Notes: generated by a model not told the origin, from the sequence alone. A stretch of DNA of 64,000 nucleotides from an uncultured Verrucomicrobiae bacterium (GCA_963776165.1 CAVZLI010000001.1:2390-66389), one strand, 5' to 3'; counted from the first letter of the stretch, positions 1 to 9,786 are shown. Numbers and translations are program-made.

Positions 1-348
1 AGCGGATCCAGCACCGGCTACACTCCGGCCAACGTGACCGCGTTGCTCGTCAGCAGGCTGCCCGAGATCTCCAACCCGCAGACGGTGACCATCCCGGCCG
101 GTCAGTTTGCGCCCTACCAAATCCAAGCCACGCGAGCCATGACCTACGCCGCGGAGGGCTTGCCGGCCGGATTCTCCGTGTGCTCCGCCACGGGACTGAT
201 CACCGCCACCACCTCGATGACTCCCGGAACAACCTTCACCGTGACCCTGATTGCTCAGAATTTCATCGGCGAAACCCGCCGCATGGTCACCTTCAACGTG
301 CCAGCCACGGCAGCGAGTAGTCTGGATGAATCTTATCCGCCGGTTTAG
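1..348 (+). CDS. Surface protein fragment with putative Ig (He_PIG / cadherin-like) domain; 5' end outside window
   Basis: The frame of the 34..348 ORF is open from nt 1 to TAG 346-348. AEGLPAGFSVCSATGLITATTSMTPGTTFTVTLIAQN fits the G-LP-G-L..TG-I-G-P..G-x-F-V pattern of putative-Ig domains. Confidence 0.5.
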   Translation, partial: SGSSTGYTPANVTALLVSRLPEISNPQTVTIPAGQFAPYQIQATRAMTYAAEGLPAGFSVCSATGLITATTSMTPGTTFTVTLIAQNFIGETRRMVTFNVPATAASSLDESYPPV

Positions 349-730
349 ATGGCCAAAGTCTGGCGCAGAAGCATGCGACCGACGATGATCAAGACGGATT
401 CACCATGCTCGAAGAATACGCCTTCGGCCTGAGCCCCATGGCCGGTGAGGGGGCTGCCTGGAAGACATCCAGCATGGCTGGCGGATTCATGACCATGGAG
501 TGGTGGATGCACCCGCAACTCGAAAATCACAGTGTTCTCGGAACACCGACCTCACGACTTGAACATCGCTCGACTGGTCGCAACTTTCATACGAGTGGGA
601 CTCCGGTGCCGCCAAGCCGGCGCATCAACCGGCGGGTATGTCATAAGTCTATGCGCCCCCGCTTGCCGTGAGCGGGTCCAAGAGCTTCTACCGAGTAGAG
701 GCGATCTTCAGTGCGGAAGATCTTGAGTAG
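349..730 (+). pseudogene. Degenerate C-terminal remnant continuing the upstream surface-protein gene
   Basis: DDDQDGFTMLEEYAFGLSP (381-437) and ..SLDWSQLSYEWDSG..KSFYRVEAIFSAEDLE-stop (ends 730) resemble the DxDxDG / LEYAFG / ..FYRV tail of large secreted proteins (compare GFWRVRAGLLSD at the end of the adhesin, 36975). They lie in two other frames, and the last frame carries in-frame TGA (560-562) and TAA (644-646). Confidence 0.3.
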
Positions 731-1293
731 ACCGTCCGTCGGGAGTGATGCCCTCGCCCATGGTGCGGGGTCGGCAGGCGATTAGGGTGTTCTAAGTTGT
801 TCTCTAGCGCGGCATTCTATTCCGCGGACTTATCGATTCGTCGGCGGGACGCCGACGCTAAGAAAAATGAGGGGCGCCGTCCTCGGCGCGGAAACGAAAA
901 GGTGGCTACAGCGTTTCTTAAACTGCTATTGCTCTGCACCGGCAGGCAATGGGTAGGCGGCGCGGTTGCTCCTTGTTGACGAGCAGGCCAATCGCGTGTG
1001 TTTAGCCCGAGTCCGACAGGGTTCGGACTGCCGAACAAAGAAAACAAGTGGGCTGTCGTCCTTCTCCGGACGTAAAATCCACAACTTTTTCGCAATCGGT
1101 CTTCTGCGGATCACAAAAAGCTTTCCGATTTTGCGCAAAGACCGGCTGTCCAGAGCAAGAAGGCAGCGGCCCGCTGGGCCCGCGGACCCTGCCCGAAAAA
1201 AACCTCCGAAAGTCCGCGACTTTTTGGTGTTTGTTATCAGTCGGTCCGCAAATAAATCCGGCGGCAGACACGCCGACTGCCACGTGCACGCTG

Positions 1294-1833
1294 CTACCTC
1301 GCTCCTTGCTCGGCGAGCACCTTGGAGTAGGACTGACCGAGCCGTCGGGGAAGGCGATGAGCGGTCCTTTGCCGTGGGCATCGGCGATTTCGATGAGCCA
1401 AGGCTGCGTACTCCAGCGGTGTGCGATATTGGGAGTCGGATAAACATTGTCGGCACATAGTGCAGATTAAACTCAGGGCCACCCATTTCCCGAGCCCACC
1501 CGCGGATGACCGGGCACTCCCATGTGCGCTCATTACCCCATACGGGCGGAGGCTTGATAGCCAGAATGCTGCCCAGCCTGGCTCTTGGGGTGCGGGACCC
1601 TGTGGCCACACCAGTTTGTGGTCCTGCAAATAGGAGTCCACGGCCAAGCGTATGCCGCGCATGTGGGACGCACAGACCACCTGTTGCGCTGCGGAGGTCA
1701 GGCGGCCGATGTTCGGCACCAAGAGCAGCGCGAGGATGGTCAAAATAAGCATCGATGCGACCAACTCCAGCAATGTGCAGGCGCCATTGCCGCCGAAAGC
1801 TCCCGGAGCGTGTTGCCTTGGAAAATCTTGCAA
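1294..1833 (-). CDS. Prepilin-type N-terminal cleavage/methylation domain protein (H-X9-DG class), apparently frame-disrupted
   Basis: The N-terminus ..GACTLLELVASMLILTILALLLVP is a prepilin leader/methylation motif plus hydrophobic helix. An H-X9-DG motif (AHGKGPLIAFPDGSV, complement 1335-1379) lies downstream but in a different frame, so the Arg-rich C-terminal third of the listed ORF is probably not native. Confidence 0.55.
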   Translation of the reverse strand: MQDFPRQHAPGAFGGNGACTLLELVASMLILTILALLLVPNIGRLTSAAQQVVCASHMRGIRLAVDSYLQDHKLVWPQGPAPQEPGWAAFWLSSLRPYGVMSAHGSARSSAGGLGKWVALSLICTMCRQCLSDSQYRTPLEYAALAHRNRRCPRQRTAHRLPRRLGQSYSKVLAEQGAR

Positions 1834-2966
1834 GTGTTCCCGGGGCTCAGCTGAATTTCCGCCGCCGGCGCCACCTGCGCCACCGGGAACCGCTGGCAGC
1901 TAACTCGTCCGCTTGTGCAGTCGGATTGTTGGCGGCGAAGGAAATCCGGATACCGCTGATATTAAAAGCTGTTGATTGAGTGGTAACTGAACCCGTCGAT
2001 GTTTGGTTGGTGACGGTTCCTGCCAGCCACAAGCGGCGGCGCTATGGGGTTGTCTTCAATCGACACCGTCGTCATGGAAACGGTCTGAGGGTTCGCTGGC
2101 GTGCTTAGCTGCCCGTCCCCTTTAAAGGTGAACACGGCTTGCTTCTTTTTGATTTTTGCCGTGAAACCACCGCTGAGACCGCGATTGACGATCGGTAGGC
2201 TGTTTGTTCACGCCGGAAGCAGCCGCGGTGGCATCGGCCGCGGTGAACGCTTGGATGCCGATCGGGTCCCGGCCAGAGAGGCTGCCGGCCACCTGTTGGC
2301 ATCGATATCAATGCCCGCATTGTAGGTTACTCCGCTGTAGGTGCGCCCCTCCACGAAAATGGCAAAATAATTTGCAGCACGTCGGGTGCGATGTCGATGT
2401 TACGCTAAGCATCGGAAAATGGCTCGATTCTCTGGACTTGGGTTGTCCGGAACGGCGGAGCTCCGGCCACGATAGCAAAGCCCAACACACCTTGAAATAT
2501 TTTGTCCGGTCACAATCCCCACGTATTTACCGTTCAAGCCTCCAGGGTAGTAGGCTCCGTCAGACCAAGGTCCGGGACCACCGCCAGCAACCAACGTTAA
2601 GGTAAGAGGGGAATGAGAAGAGGAGAGAGGAGGTGTTTCATGGAAGGGGCGATATATCCTTGGCGAAGATTCGCGTGCTGCGCGCTTGCACGCAAGGCAA
2701 AAGCGGCGCCATCGCGGTGCGGCGAACGGCAAGGCTAATGGTGGAGATCTGAGGCCATCCAATCACTTGGGCGGGGGTATTGGCCTTTGGCCGCGACACG
2801 CGCTGTCTCGGCCTGCTGCGGCAGCCTTTTGTCCGGCATTTTGGTGAAGACCGGGCCGATGACTGAACCCAACGGAAGCTGGCGCCGAAATGAAAAGTAG
2901 TGAGCGCCTGGCAGCCCAGACCTAGGTCAAAGACTGAAACACGGCAATACAGAGACACCGAACCAT

Positions 2967-4200
2967 TTACAGGCTTTGCTTGAGCATAGCGTGGAGGGCG
3001 GGGAGAGCGGGGAAATTGGGGGTTTTTTCGCTGCCCGGGCCGGAGGTAAGGACGAGGACGTCTTCGGCCACCGGTTGGGGGCGGTCGGTGGGAGCGGCGA
3101 TGGCTTCGGGGGCCGGTTGGGTTCGCTGCGCTGTCCGGAGCGGCCGGGCCGGTGGACCAGGTGAGGGCGGGGAGGCCGGAGGCGCTGGGGCCGAGGACGG
3201 CGATGCCGCGGTCGGGGGCGAAGGAGAAGGCGTTGAGGCGGAGGCCGCCGGTGTTGGTCAGGCCGGTGACCACGATGAGGGCGTTTTCGCCAGCGTAGTC
3301 GAGGGCGGTGGACACAGCGGCGTCGATCTCGGCGTATTCGCGTAGGAGGGATTCGCCGCGGCCGAGTTCGGCGGCGCGGCCGGTCAGGCCGGCATGGACG
3401 ACGAGGAAGTAGCCTTTGCGGTTGAACTGGAGGAGTTCGATGGCGCGGCGGACGAGGTCAGCCAGACGGGGCTGGGTGGGGTAGCGGGATTGGTCTTCGG
3501 CGAAGGCGAGGTCTCCTTCGGCGAAGACGCCGAACAGCTTGGGTGCGCGCCAGCCGGGGGTGTTTTCCAGTTCGGCTTTGTTGCGCACGATGTCGAAGCC
3601 GCGCTGACGCATTTCGAGGAGCAGGTCGCGTCCGTCGCGGCGCGCGCCACCCTGAGCCTCGGGCGTGAGCAGGGCGCTACCGCCGCCGAGCATGACGTCC
3701 GGGGCATTGTCCTCCATGAGTTGCACGGCGAGTGCGGACGGATCGCGGGCATCGGTGGCACGGGCGAAGAACGCGGCGGTGGCGGCATCGGTGAGGGGGG
3801 TGTCGGAGACCATCCCGGTGGCGCGTCCGGCGCGACGGGCGGCGGCGAGAAGGGTTTCGAGTGGTTGGCCCTCCGGTGAGAGGGCGAGGGCGCCGCGGTT
3901 GACGAGTTGTCCGGTGGCCAAAGCGGTGGCCGCCGCCGCGGTGTCGGCTACCGCATAATCTGCGGCGCGGGACTTGGCCAGGGCCATGTGCGGCATGGAT
4001 TCCATGCGGAAACGATGGTCGGCGCCGCCGGCGAAGAGGCGGGCGGCGGAGAGATGCGAGGGGGAAAAGTTGTCCGCCACGAAGAGGATGACGGCAAAGG
4101 GCTTTTGCACGACCCATTCGCGGTAGATGACCAAGCCGAGGCCGGCGAAAGCGAAGAGGCAGGCGAGGAAGATGATTTTGTTGCGGATGCGGGAAGGCAT
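2967..4200 (-). CDS. Membrane-anchored alkaline-phosphatase-family protein with degenerate active site; one surplus nt between ~3108 and 3150
   Basis: There is an N-terminal TM helix (IIFLACLFAFAGLGLVIY). ILFVADNFSPSHLSAAR, VADTAAAATALATG, FLVVHAGLTG and IVVTGLTNTG align to AP motifs IGDGMG.., DSAASATA, E..ID..DH and TADH. The AP-like C-terminus PVAEDVLVLTSGPGSEKTPNFPALPALHAMLKQSL-stop (TAA at complement 2967-2969) is in another frame than the ATG at 4200. The remainder of the 2638..4200 ORF is Arg/Pro-rich read-through. Confidence 0.7.
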
Positions 4201-4560
4201 GGGGGAGAGGGCGGAGGGCTGAGAGCTGAAACCTGAGTGGGGAGGGGATACTGAAGGATGAAGGGGGAAGGATGAAGGACGGGGGGCAGACCGGAAAGCG
4301 GAAAGCGGGGGGCGGGGAGGAAAGGATTGAGGGGGAAGGATGAAGGGGGAGCCGAGCGGAGCGAGACAGACTGGCGCGAAGCGACAGCCGCGTAGCGGGA
4401 TCGCCGGGAGGCGAGATCAAACCGGAGACGTGAGTGGATTGGCGGATCAGTATTTCGGTATTTCCGTGTTTCGGTAAAGAGGCAAACGGTGACCGAGCGG
4501 GAGGGCGAGAGGCATACGGCATACGGCATACGGCGGCTCTTAAAACTTACAAACTTAAAG
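4201..4560. repeat. Polypurine, microsatellite-rich intergenic tract
   Basis: The plus strand is almost all G/A from 4201 to ~4440. GAAGGATGAAGG occurs x3 (4253, 4268, 4335), GGAAAGC x2 in tandem (4293-4306), (T)ATTTCGG-like x3 (4450-4474), and CATACGG x3 in tandem (4513-4533). Confidence 0.85.
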
Positions 4561-4728
4561 CCTAAAACTTCTCAGACGGGCAAAAGCCGCGAAGAGGCGC
4601 AAGAGGCGTGGCCCGCGGGGACTATCGCCACACTGAAGAACGGCAACACCGAAAGATCGAGTCTTCCTCCGGTTTGCACCATGCGGCTGGTCTTGCTTGG
4701 TGGAGCGGTTCGCTTAAAATTCCCCTCC

Positions 4729-5085
4729 ATGGCCATCGCGCGAATCCTTGCTTTGCTCTTGGCCTGCTCTGCCCTGTCGGCTTGCGGCGGTGGCGGTCAG
4801 GCGAGGTTTTCTCCCTCCACGACGGTGATGGAAGTCGTGAGTATTCCGGCGCGCTGCGTGGTGGAGATGAACGGGGAATACCTCGGGGGGACTCCGGTGA
4901 AGATCGATATTCCTTCCACCCCGGACGGACGCTGGACCGGGGCGAATTCGACCAAGCACCGCATCACGGTCTCGACGCCGAACAACCGCGCGGTCGAGAC
5001 GAAGGAGTGGCGCGGCGGGGATGTCATCCCGCGGCGGGTGCTATTCCGTCCGCCCTACGCCTACTTGACCGGCACGGGGCGCTGA
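4729..5085 (+). CDS. Lipoprotein with PEGA-like domain
   Basis: ATG at 4729 gives MAIARILALLLACSALSACGGG (signal peptide plus lipobox L-S-A-C). VVSIPARCVVEMNGEYLGGTPVKIDI matches the PEGA-domain pattern. Confidence 0.6.
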   Translation: MAIARILALLLACSALSACGGGGQARFSPSTTVMEVVSIPARCVVEMNGEYLGGTPVKIDIPSTPDGRWTGANSTKHRITVSTPNNRAVETKEWRGGDVIPRRVLFRPPYAYLTGTGR

Positions 5086-5221
5086 CGCGGGTCCTGGATC
5101 CGGGGTCAGCTCACGGGGACTCCGGTTCGTGGAGCGCTACGCCTCGGGGAGACGCTCGCCCTCCATGAAGAGAAGGAGCTGTTTCTTGACGGTGGGTGAA
5201 TATGCGTTATTTTTATGCGTT

Positions 5222-5464
5222 ATGAGGACATTCTCGGTGATGGAGGCCCAGCACAATCTGGCGGTGCTGCTCCGTGAAGTGGAGGCGGGGCGCGGATTGA
5301 CCATCACGCGCCGGCGCAGGCCGGTGGCCGTGCTTTTGCCCGTGCCGGCCGCGGTCCCGGTGGTTTTCCCGGACTTTGAGGGGCGGGCGCGGCGCACTTG
5401 GGGCGGTCCGTGGCGTGGCGCAGGCGCGCAGGATTTGGTCGACGAAACCCGCGGCGAACGGTGA
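5222..5464 (+). CDS. Type II antitoxin, Phd/YefM family (partner of the downstream PIN toxin)
   Basis: MRTFSVMEAQHNLAVLLREVEAGRGLTITRRRRPVAVLLPV is the typical Phd/YefM N-terminal pattern. The stop TGA 5462-5464 overlaps the GTG of the next gene (GTGA). Confidence 0.75.
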   Translation: MRTFSVMEAQHNLAVLLREVEAGRGLTITRRRRPVAVLLPVPAAVPVVFPDFEGRARRTWGGPWRGAGAQDLVDETRGER

Positions 5465-5919
5465 AGCACTACTATGACACAGGTCTGTTGCTCAAGCTTT
5501 ATACGAACGAGCGCGACGCCGGCCCGGTCCGCCGTTTCGTGGTGCGGCGTAGCGAGGCCTTGGTGTTCACTGCGATCCACCATGCGGAGTGCGTCTCTGC
5601 TCTGCGTTTGAAATGCTTCCGCGGGGAAGCTGGCGAGGAGGAGGTTGCGGGCGCGCTGCGGGATATCGAGTCGGACCTCGCGTCGGGTGTCTTGCGCGCG
5701 GCCGCCGTAGAATGGGATGAGGTCTGGCTGCGTTGCCGGATTTTGTCCGACGCACATGCCGCGGCGACCGGCTGTCGCACCCTTGACGCTCTGCACGTGG
5801 CCTGCGCCTTGCAGCTCGGAGCGGAAGAGTTGGTCACGGCTGACGTGCGGCAGGCTGGTTTAGGGCGCAAGGCCGGACTGCGCGTGGTGAATCCTCTGAA
5901 GCCAGCACGCAAGGGATGA
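5461..5919 (+). CDS. vapC: PIN-domain ribonuclease toxin VapC
   Basis: The conserved acidic PIN positions are present: YYDTGLLLK (N-terminal D), TLDALHVACAL and LVTADVRQ. The start is coupled to the antitoxin stop. Confidence 0.8.
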   Translation: MKHYYDTGLLLKLYTNERDAGPVRRFVVRRSEALVFTAIHHAECVSALRLKCFRGEAGEEEVAGALRDIESDLASGVLRAAAVEWDEVWLRCRILSDAHAAATGCRTLDALHVACALQLGAEELVTADVRQAGLGRKAGLRVVNPLKPARKG

Positions 5920-5966
5920 TTTGTCAGCTGTTCGGCCGGGCTTTGGGGCTGTGATACAAGAAGACG

Positions 5967-7494
5967 ATGAAGCACACGGTTTGGATCCTCGGCGACCAGC
6001 TGGGGCCGGATAATGCGGCGTTGGCGGGGGGGCGGAAGAAAGAGGATGTTCTTTTTTTGGTCGAGAGTGAGCGGGGGTTGCGGAAGTTGCGGTATCACAA
6101 GCAGCGGCTGGTGCTGCTGCTGGCGGCGCAGCGGCATTTTGCGGAAGAGATGCGCAAGGCGGGGTGGACGGTGGATTATCATGCGCTGGGGCGGGGGGTG
6201 ACTTGGGAGTCGGCGCTGGGGGCGCACGTGAAGAAGTATCAGCCGGAGCGGATTTTGTTGGCGCAGCCGAACAATCACGACGAACAGGCGGCGGTGGAGA
6301 AGTTGGCGAAAAAATTTCCGCTCGAGATGGTGCCGACACGGCAGTTCCTGGTGCCGCGGGCCGAGTTCATCGCCTGGGCCAAGGGGAAGAAGTCTCTGGT
6401 CATGGAAACGCATTACCGGCGGGTGCGGGCGGAATTCGGATTCTTCATGGAGCGCGGACGGCGAGCCGGTCGGCGGGCGGTGGAATTTCGACGAGGAGAA
6501 CCGCAAGACGTTCCGGGATTGGGTCAAGGCCGGACGCCCGCGGGCGGACGTGCGGCGGGAGACGCCGGACAAGATCACGCGCGAGGTCATGGCGCTGGTG
6601 GCCAAGGAATTCGCCGACCATCCGGGCCGGGCGGAGGACTTCTGGTTGCCGGTCGACCGTGCGGGGGCGCAGCGGTGGTTGGAGGAATTCATCGCCACGC
6701 GGTTGGCGGGGTTCGGTCCGTGGGAGGACCTCATGGTCGAGGGGGAAGAGCTGCTTTTTCATTCGGTCATTTCGCCGCTGATCAATCTCGGTCTGCTCAC
6801 GCCGCGGGAGTGCATCGACAAGGCTGTGGCGGCTTATGACAAAGGTTTGGCGCCGCTGGCCGGCGTGGAGGGTTTTGTCCGGCAGATCGCCGGATGGCGC
6901 GAATTCGTCAACGGTGTCTATTGGCTGAAAATGCCGGACTACGAGAAGGTCAACGGTCTCGATGCACAGCGGCCGCTGCCGGGTTTCTTCTACACGGGTG
7001 AGACGGAAATGAACTGCGTGCGGCAATGCGTGCGGCAAGTGATCGACACCGGATTCAATCACCACATCCAGCGGCTCATGGTGCTGGGGAATTTCCTGCT
7101 TTTGGCGGGAGTACGGCCCGAGGAGGCGCTGCGCTGGTATCTCGAAATGTATGTCGACGCGCACGATTGGGTCATGGCGGCCAACGTGCTTGGCATGGTT
7201 TTGCATGCCGATGGCGGGTTCATGGCGACCAAGCCGTATGCGGCGGGGTCGGGGTATATCTCGCGGATGAGCAATTACTGCGCGAATTGCCGCTATCAGA
7301 CGGCGGTGAAGACCGGGCCGGAGGCGTGTCCTTTCAATTACCTCTACTGGGATTTCTACGCGCGCCACGAGAAACGCTTTGCGCGTAATCCGCGTGTCGG
7401 CATGGCCCTGCGGACGCTGGCCAAGAAGACACCCTCGGAGCGCGAGGCCATCGCGGAATCGGCGTCCGCTTTCCTCCAGTCGCTGGCCGGTTGA
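5967..7494 (+). pseudogene. Cryptochrome/photolyase family protein of the FeS-BCP (CryB/PhrB, (6-4)-photolyase-like) type, interrupted by one surplus nt at ~6456
   Basis: ORF 5967..6839 carries the N-terminal half up to ..THYRRVRAEFGFFMER. From 6457 the next frame reads DGEPVGGRWNFDEENRKTFRDWVKAGRPRADVRRETPDKITREV.. and continues as ORF 6550..7494. The four-Cys signature is present (MNCVRQC, YCANC-x12-C). Confidence 0.85.
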
Positions 7495-7542
7495 GGGGCG
7501 CTCGCGGTGGCCTGATGCGAACGCACCGGGCGCGGGTGGATC

Positions 7543-8916
7543 TCAAGGTGGTGTGGTCGGACCGCTGTTGCCGGGCATACCCGCGGAAGCATCCCAGCGC
7601 GAAGTGTAAGACCTTCCGGCCAGCTTGCTGGCGTTTGGTCCCTCGAGGTAGACGCTGCGGCAGGGGAAGGCGATCGAGAGCCCGCGGCGGTTCACCGCCT
7701 CCATGATCTTGCAGTTGATCCGCTGCTGGATGTCCATGTAAGGCAACCACGATGTGGTGGAGGTGAAGTAATAGACGAGAATGTTGAGCGACGAATCCCC
7801 GAAGTCCGTGAAGTTGACGAGGATGAAGTCCTGCTGGACGCCCTCGTCCTGGCGGAGAATGTCGCGGAATTCCTCGACGAGTTCCTCCATGTCGTTCGCT
7901 GTCGCCTCGTAGGAGATGCCAACCACCTGCTTCACGCGGCGCTTGGGCATCTGCGACCAATTGTTGATGTATTCGTTGGCCAGGACCCCATTGGGAATCG
8001 AGACGATCGTTTTCGGGAAGCTTCTGACCTTCGTGGAGCGGAGGCCGATGGATTCGACGTTGCCGTCCACTTGGTCGCCGACTTGGATCCAATCACCGAC
8101 TTTGAACGGACGGTCGAGAACGATCATCAGCGCGCCGAACGCATTCTTGATCGTGTCCTGCGCGGCCAGCGCGACGGCCGCGGTGCCCAACCCGAGGGTG
8201 GCGAGGATCCCGGTGACATTGTAGCCGAGGTTGTCGATCGTCATCAGCACGCCGATGACGAGCACGAAGACCTTGAGCGTCTTCTTGACCAGCGGGGCAA
8301 ATCCCGCGAGCGGAGAATCCGGGCTGCTGGTGAACCTGCTCTCGAGGTGGTCGGCCGCGATGTCGGTCGCCATGAGCGCGCCCCACACAAGAGCCAGCAT
8401 GGTGAGGCCGCGGAAAAGGTAGTTGATGAGCCTGTCGACCTCGGGACTGAACGGAAGAATAACCAGCGAGATGTAGATGCCCGCGAGGAGGAGGAAGAAT
8501 GACAAGGGCTTGGTCAGGACGAGCGCCCACCGGGCATCGATCGCCTCCTTGCGCCGGGCAAAGTTCACAATGCGGTCGAGAATCGCTTTGGAAAGGACGT
8601 TGCGGAGCAGGATGCTCAGGAAAAGAATCAGGAAACTCAGCAGCAACGTCCCCACGGAGAGGCCGAAAATTTCGAATTTCAGCACGCCCGTGACCGCGTT
8701 GAAGGCGTGGTGCAGGGCGGGAATTCGGCTTCCGAGGACAGCCTTCTCGATGCGGCTCTCGAGGTCGGCCGCGATTCCCGAGAGGGCCTGCGTGTCGATG
8801 AGCTCGACGGGGGTGGCGGACGGCTCCGGCGTGGATTCTTTCTGTTGCGCGGCGAGCGGCCCGATCAGGAGGGCCGCGCACGCCACGGCGATGCAAAAAA
8901 GAAGCAGACGTTGCAT
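7543..8916 (-). CDS. Mechanosensitive ion channel, MscS family
   Basis: Signal peptide and TM helices are followed by the MscS core LGLGTAAVALAAQDTIKNAFGALMIVLDRPFKVGDWIQVGDQVDGNVESIGLRSTKVRSF. Confidence 0.9.
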   Translation of the reverse strand: MQRLLLFCIAVACAALLIGPLAAQQKESTPEPSATPVELIDTQALSGIAADLESRIEKAVLGSRIPALHHAFNAVTGVLKFEIFGLSVGTLLLSFLILFLSILLRNVLSKAILDRIVNFARRKEAIDARWALVLTKPLSFFLLLAGIYISLVILPFSPEVDRLINYLFRGLTMLALVWGALMATDIAADHLESRFTSSPDSPLAGFAPLVKKTLKVFVLVIGVLMTIDNLGYNVTGILATLGLGTAAVALAAQDTIKNAFGALMIVLDRPFKVGDWIQVGDQVDGNVESIGLRSTKVRSFPKTIVSIPNGVLANEYINNWSQMPKRRVKQVVGISYEATANDMEELVEEFRDILRQDEGVQQDFILVNFTDFGDSSLNILVYYFTSTTSWLPYMDIQQRINCKIMEAVNRRGLSIAFPCRSVYLEGPNASKLAGRSYTSRWDASAGMPGNSGPTTPP

Positions 8917-9036
8917 GACCGCAACACCCTAAAGGCGCCCGACCGGGGGAGGCCAGTATCGATTGGCGCTGATGACCGAGCGGGCCCGCGGAAGGGCATT
9001 GAGCCCCGCGGGCGCTTGGTGTTGGATGGTCGCCTT

Positions 9037-9786
9037 ATGAGTAAACCATTCGAAGGACAGGTCGCCGTCGTGACCGGAGCCGGTCGCGGCATCGGGGAAG
9101 CCATCGCCAAACGCCTCGCCGACGGCGGCGCCAAAGTCGCAGTGGTCAGCCGCACCGAAGCCAACGCGGCCAAGACCGCCGAGGCCATCAACGCCACGCA
9201 CCCCGAGGCGGCGAAGGCTTATTCGATCGACGTGGCGGATTTCCAAGCTGTGCAGGAACTGGGCGATGCCATCCTCACGGACTTCGGCCGCATCGACATG
9301 CTGGTCAACAACGCCGGGGTGACGCGGGACGGCCTGAGCATGCGCATGAGTTCGGAGGACTGGGATGCGGTGGTCGACACCAATCTCAAGGGCGCCTTCA
9401 ACTTCATCCGCGCCGTGCAGCGCCCCATGGCCAAGCAGCGGAGCGGACGCATCATCAACATCGCATCGGTCGTCGGTCTCACCGGCAACGCCGGACAGGC
9501 CAACTATTCCGCGAGCAAGGCCGGACTCATCGGCCTGACCAAAACCATCGCCCGCGAATTGAGTGGACGCGGAATCACGTCCAACGTGGTCGCGCCGGGC
9601 TTCATCGAAACGGACATGACGGCCGTCCTGCCCGAGAGCATCCGCACGGCGGTGGTGGAAAAAATCCCGCTGGCCCGCTTCGGTGCGCCGGACGACATCG
9701 CGGCGGCGGTGGCTTTCCTTGCCGGACCCGAGGCCGGCTACATCACCGGACAGGTGTTGGTTGTCGACGGCGGCATGGTCATGTGA
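9037..9786 (+). CDS. fabG: 3-oxoacyl-[ACP] reductase
   Basis: Full-length SDR: VTGAGRGIGEAIA (TGxxxGIG), NNAG, YSASKAG, and the FabG-like C-terminus GQVLVVDGGMVM. The ATG at 9037 follows non-coding-looking upstream sequence in the 8707 ORF. Confidence 0.9.
   Translation: MSKPFEGQVAVVTGAGRGIGEAIAKRLADGGAKVAVVSRTEANAAKTAEAINATHPEAAKAYSIDVADFQAVQELGDAILTDFGRIDMLVNNAGVTRDGLSMRMSSEDWDAVVDTNLKGAFNFIRAVQRPMAKQRSGRIINIASVVGLTGNAGQANYSASKAGLIGLTKTIARELSGRGITSNVVAPGFIETDMTAVLPESIRTAVVEKIPLARFGAPDDIAAAVAFLAGPEAGYITGQVLVVDGGMVM

Noticed and set aside
2400-2762. The ATG at complement 2641 gives MKHLLSPLLI.., which looked like a signal peptide for the LTLVAGGGPGPW.. ORF.
   Set aside because: That ATG is out of frame with the 2400..2762 ORF and reaches a stop after 14 codons. 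I cannot support a discrete gene here, only the general impression of degraded coding sequence.
6447-6465. Programmed ribosomal frameshifting as an explanation for the +1 interruptions (here and at 18877, 31682, 32778, 38175, 38330).
   Set aside because: The sites share no slippery heptamer, rare-codon/stop context or downstream structure, and they occur in unrelated genes. Technical insertion or mutation is more economical.
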